A stretch of DNA of 64,000 nucleotides from Perna viridis (taxonomy: Eukaryota). Below are positions 62,801-64,000 of the stretch, piece by piece (the stretch's first letter is position 1; each line of letters opens with the position of its first letter). Location: NCBI GenBank assembly GCA_037379345.1, contig CM074512.1, positions 9,982,001-10,046,000 on the forward strand. Reading direction: 5' to 3'. The notes below the pieces were generated by a model that did no database searches, was not told where the DNA came from, and saw nothing but the letters and a program-made list of their open reading frames with translations. Made by a program: the position numbers and the translations under genes.

Positions 62801-64000
62801 TATCAGGGGTCTGGAGCTCAGACTTACTGAAAGAACACATCAATTTTCTGGAGATGAAACCAAGGGGAACTCATTGTTTCAAGCTATTTCTTCTTGCAAA
62901 AGAAATTCTTCTTCTTTGCAATCAACTTCAGCTTCAGCTAGTAGTTCGTCATGTTCCAGGAAAACTCAATGCCTTAGCAGACTCTCTATCAAGAACTCTA
63001 GCCCCAGTGAATACAGAATGGGAACTTCTCCAGTCAGTATTTCAAGCAATAACTCTTCATTGGTCTCCTCGTGTAGACCTGTTTGCAACAAGTCTCAACT
63101 TCAAACTTCAATTGTTCGTGTCTCCTGTCCCAGACCCAGAAGCTTATGCAGTAGACGCCATGAGTTTTCCTTGGGAAGGAATGTTCGTATATGCATTCCC
63201 TCCATTCAGATTTCTGTCTGCAGTTCTTTGGAAGATTGCTTCGGAACAATGTCTGATCATTCTTATTGCTCCAGCTTGGCCCAAGCAAGCTTGGTATCCA
63301 GATCTTCAACTATCTTGTGTAAGACACAATCTTCTTTCCCAGTTCAAAGGCAATATTCATCCCAAGCCCGAGAATCTACATCTTTTCACGTGGCTTCTCT
63401 CAGGGACAGTTTCAAGGAGAGAGGCTTTTCTGAGCGAGCAGCCAGACATCTCTTCTAAGCAGTCAGAGACTCTACCAACATTGTATACGATGCTAAGTGG
63501 ACAATCTTCAGTTGTTGGTGTAGTGAGAAGGAAATTTATCCTCTCAAAATTACTGTTCAGCAGTTAGCGGAATTTCTTATCTATCTTTTTGAAGATAAAA
63601 ATTGTCTCCTTCCACAATTAAAGGTTATTGTTCTGCTATTTCCAGAACTATCCACTTGTCTGGTGGTCCTGATTTTGTTAGTAATGAGCAAATTTCTCTT
63701 TTAGTTAAGAATTTTACTCTTGAACGTCCTAAACAAAGGTTTTAAATTCTTCCTGGAATTTAAGTTTGGTTTTATTATCTTTAAAAACCATTTCTTTTGA
63801 ACCAGCTGAAGAAGTAGATACCAAATTTTTGTCATATAAATGTTGTTTTCTACTGGTTTTAGCTTCAGGTAAAATAAGAAGTGAAATACATGCTCTTTCT
63901 ATTTCTGATTCATGTCTACGGCTCAATAGAGATAAATTTTCAGTCACTCTTTTAACTGACCCAGCTTTATTAGCCAAAAATCAGATTCCTAGTAGAGGTT
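59900..64000 (+). mobile_element. Decayed DIRS-type tyrosine-recombinase retrotransposon (gag-like, RT, RNase H, methyltransferase-like, YR); continues past the window
   Basis: RT: PGFYS, HFKMET, YLDDSL, LGFLIS; RH: TDAS, HINFLEMK, HVPGKLNALADSLSR; MT-like: VDLFAT, AVDAMSFPW, YAFPPF, IAPAWPKQAWYPDL; overlapping YR frame: GFSERAA, YDAKW, STIKGY, WNLSLVL, FLLVLASG..RSEIHAL. Confidence 0.9.

Overview
AT-rich, repeat-dense animal genomic DNA; the repeat families and gene structures look like those of bivalve molluscs (inference, species not determined). Two convergent multi-exon host genes can be reconstructed by hand: a complete ACTR10 (dynactin Arp10/Arp11; 13 coding exons, 15831-33457, +, 391 aa, with a U12-type intron 5) and the last 7 coding exons of a TDRD9/spindle-E piRNA helicase (44229-54567, -, ending in a C2H2 zinc finger). 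Between them sits the most unusual object in the window: two intronless ORFs head-to-head, only 71 bp apart across a CRE (TGACGTCA) site, both starting with an MGxxxS myristoylation motif; the longer one carries STMND1-like motifs. The first 12 kb is a four-level transposon nest (old RTE-X-like LINE > 9.7-kb TTAA-flanked Kolobok-like element > MITE > near-intact full-length RTE-X-like LINE). Other elements: IS3EU-like and AcademH-like MITEs, Penelope-like fragments, a TSD-flanked non-autonomous retroelement, CR1-like remnants, Helentron-like elements with internal arrays, a decayed intron-containing piggyBac and a decayed DIRS-type tyrosine-recombinase retrotransposon running off the right edge. 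Two ACTR10 introns hold tandem arrays seeded from the adjacent exon. All family assignments come from motif recognition, not database searches.
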